Positions 63,400 to 64,000 of a stretch of DNA of 64,000 nucleotides are shown one piece after another. Origin of the DNA: Octopus sinensis (lineage: Eukaryota). Position 1 is the stretch's first letter. The number at the start of each line of letters is the position of its first letter. A program made the translations under genes and the position numbers. The stretch lies in NCBI RefSeq assembly GCF_006345805.1, contig NC_042998.1, forward strand, positions 27,156,001 to 27,220,000, read 5' to 3'. The notes beneath the pieces were generated by a model. The model was not told where the DNA came from. It was given only the letters and a program-made list of their open reading frames with translations, and made no database searches.

Positions 63400-64000
63400 A
63401 TATGTTGAACGTGAAAGCTGTTACCTGCTTCCAGAAATTTCTGGAAATAGTAGTCAATGTTTGCTAAGACACTCAATCTCTGTTAGAACAAAGCCATTGG
63501 TGGTTTAATGTCAACAGATTTTTGTTTACCTAAAGTATTCCTAAACTAGAAATAGTTTAGGTGAATGTTTTTGCTTTTAATTCTTATGTGAATTCTGAAT
63601 TTACACGATGTGATTTCTATAAATAGGATTTTACATGACAAATGAAATGTGAGCAATAAAGTTGGAAATCTTGGAAGCTAAAGCAGAACAAACTATGATT
63701 TGATGGGTAAATATGAACAACAGTAATCTAATCGTATGTGGGCTGGGAAAACATTTCCTGCAAGTAGGAGACAAGGATAATAATTTGAATGCTGAAGCAA
63801 TGAATGATTCAGGATAAATTAACGTAATTACCAACTGCAAGGTAATTATGTAGTTGGTAATTATGTAGTTTTAAGTCAAGAAGGCACAAAATTAAAATAG
63901 TTAAAAGTGACCTGAAAGAGTCACATTACATGCAATAAACTGCAGATCTGCAATTCAAAGGATATAAGAAGATGCTAACAAGAAAAAAAATACTTCATCA

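Overview
AT-rich eukaryotic DNA dominated by repeats. The repeat families and dense (TA)n/(CA)n/(TACA)n microsatellites point to an octopus-like cephalopod genome; this is an inference from repeat content. No host gene could be named. Only short candidate exons with splice signals were seen, and nearly all ORF-track entries are microsatellite or repeat artefacts. Mobile elements include a 5'-truncated BovB-like RTE LINE (51.0-53.6 kb), a second RTE family whose 3' UTR is the source of about 18 dispersed (GAT)n-tailed fragments, three tRNA-head SINE families, decayed CR1 and other LINE pieces, Merlin/ISXO2-like and Tc1/mariner (DD41D-like) transposase relics, piggyBac-, hAT- and Tigger-type MITEs, and a Helitron-like element. 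The most notable signal is about ten fold-back (inverted-repeat) elements lodged in (TA)n tracts. Three distinct families of them carry type I hammerhead ribozyme motifs, consistent with Penelope-like pseudo-LTR remnants. One family has a shared non-canonical CCGANGA (U4C) core and, in one copy, a ribozyme motif on each strand. Other highlights are a ~290 bp direct repeat flanking an RTE fragment, which also supplies an empty site for a Helitron insertion, and a 1.9 kb 32-bp minisatellite inverted inside an RTE 3' UTR. Boundaries of decayed repeats are approximate.
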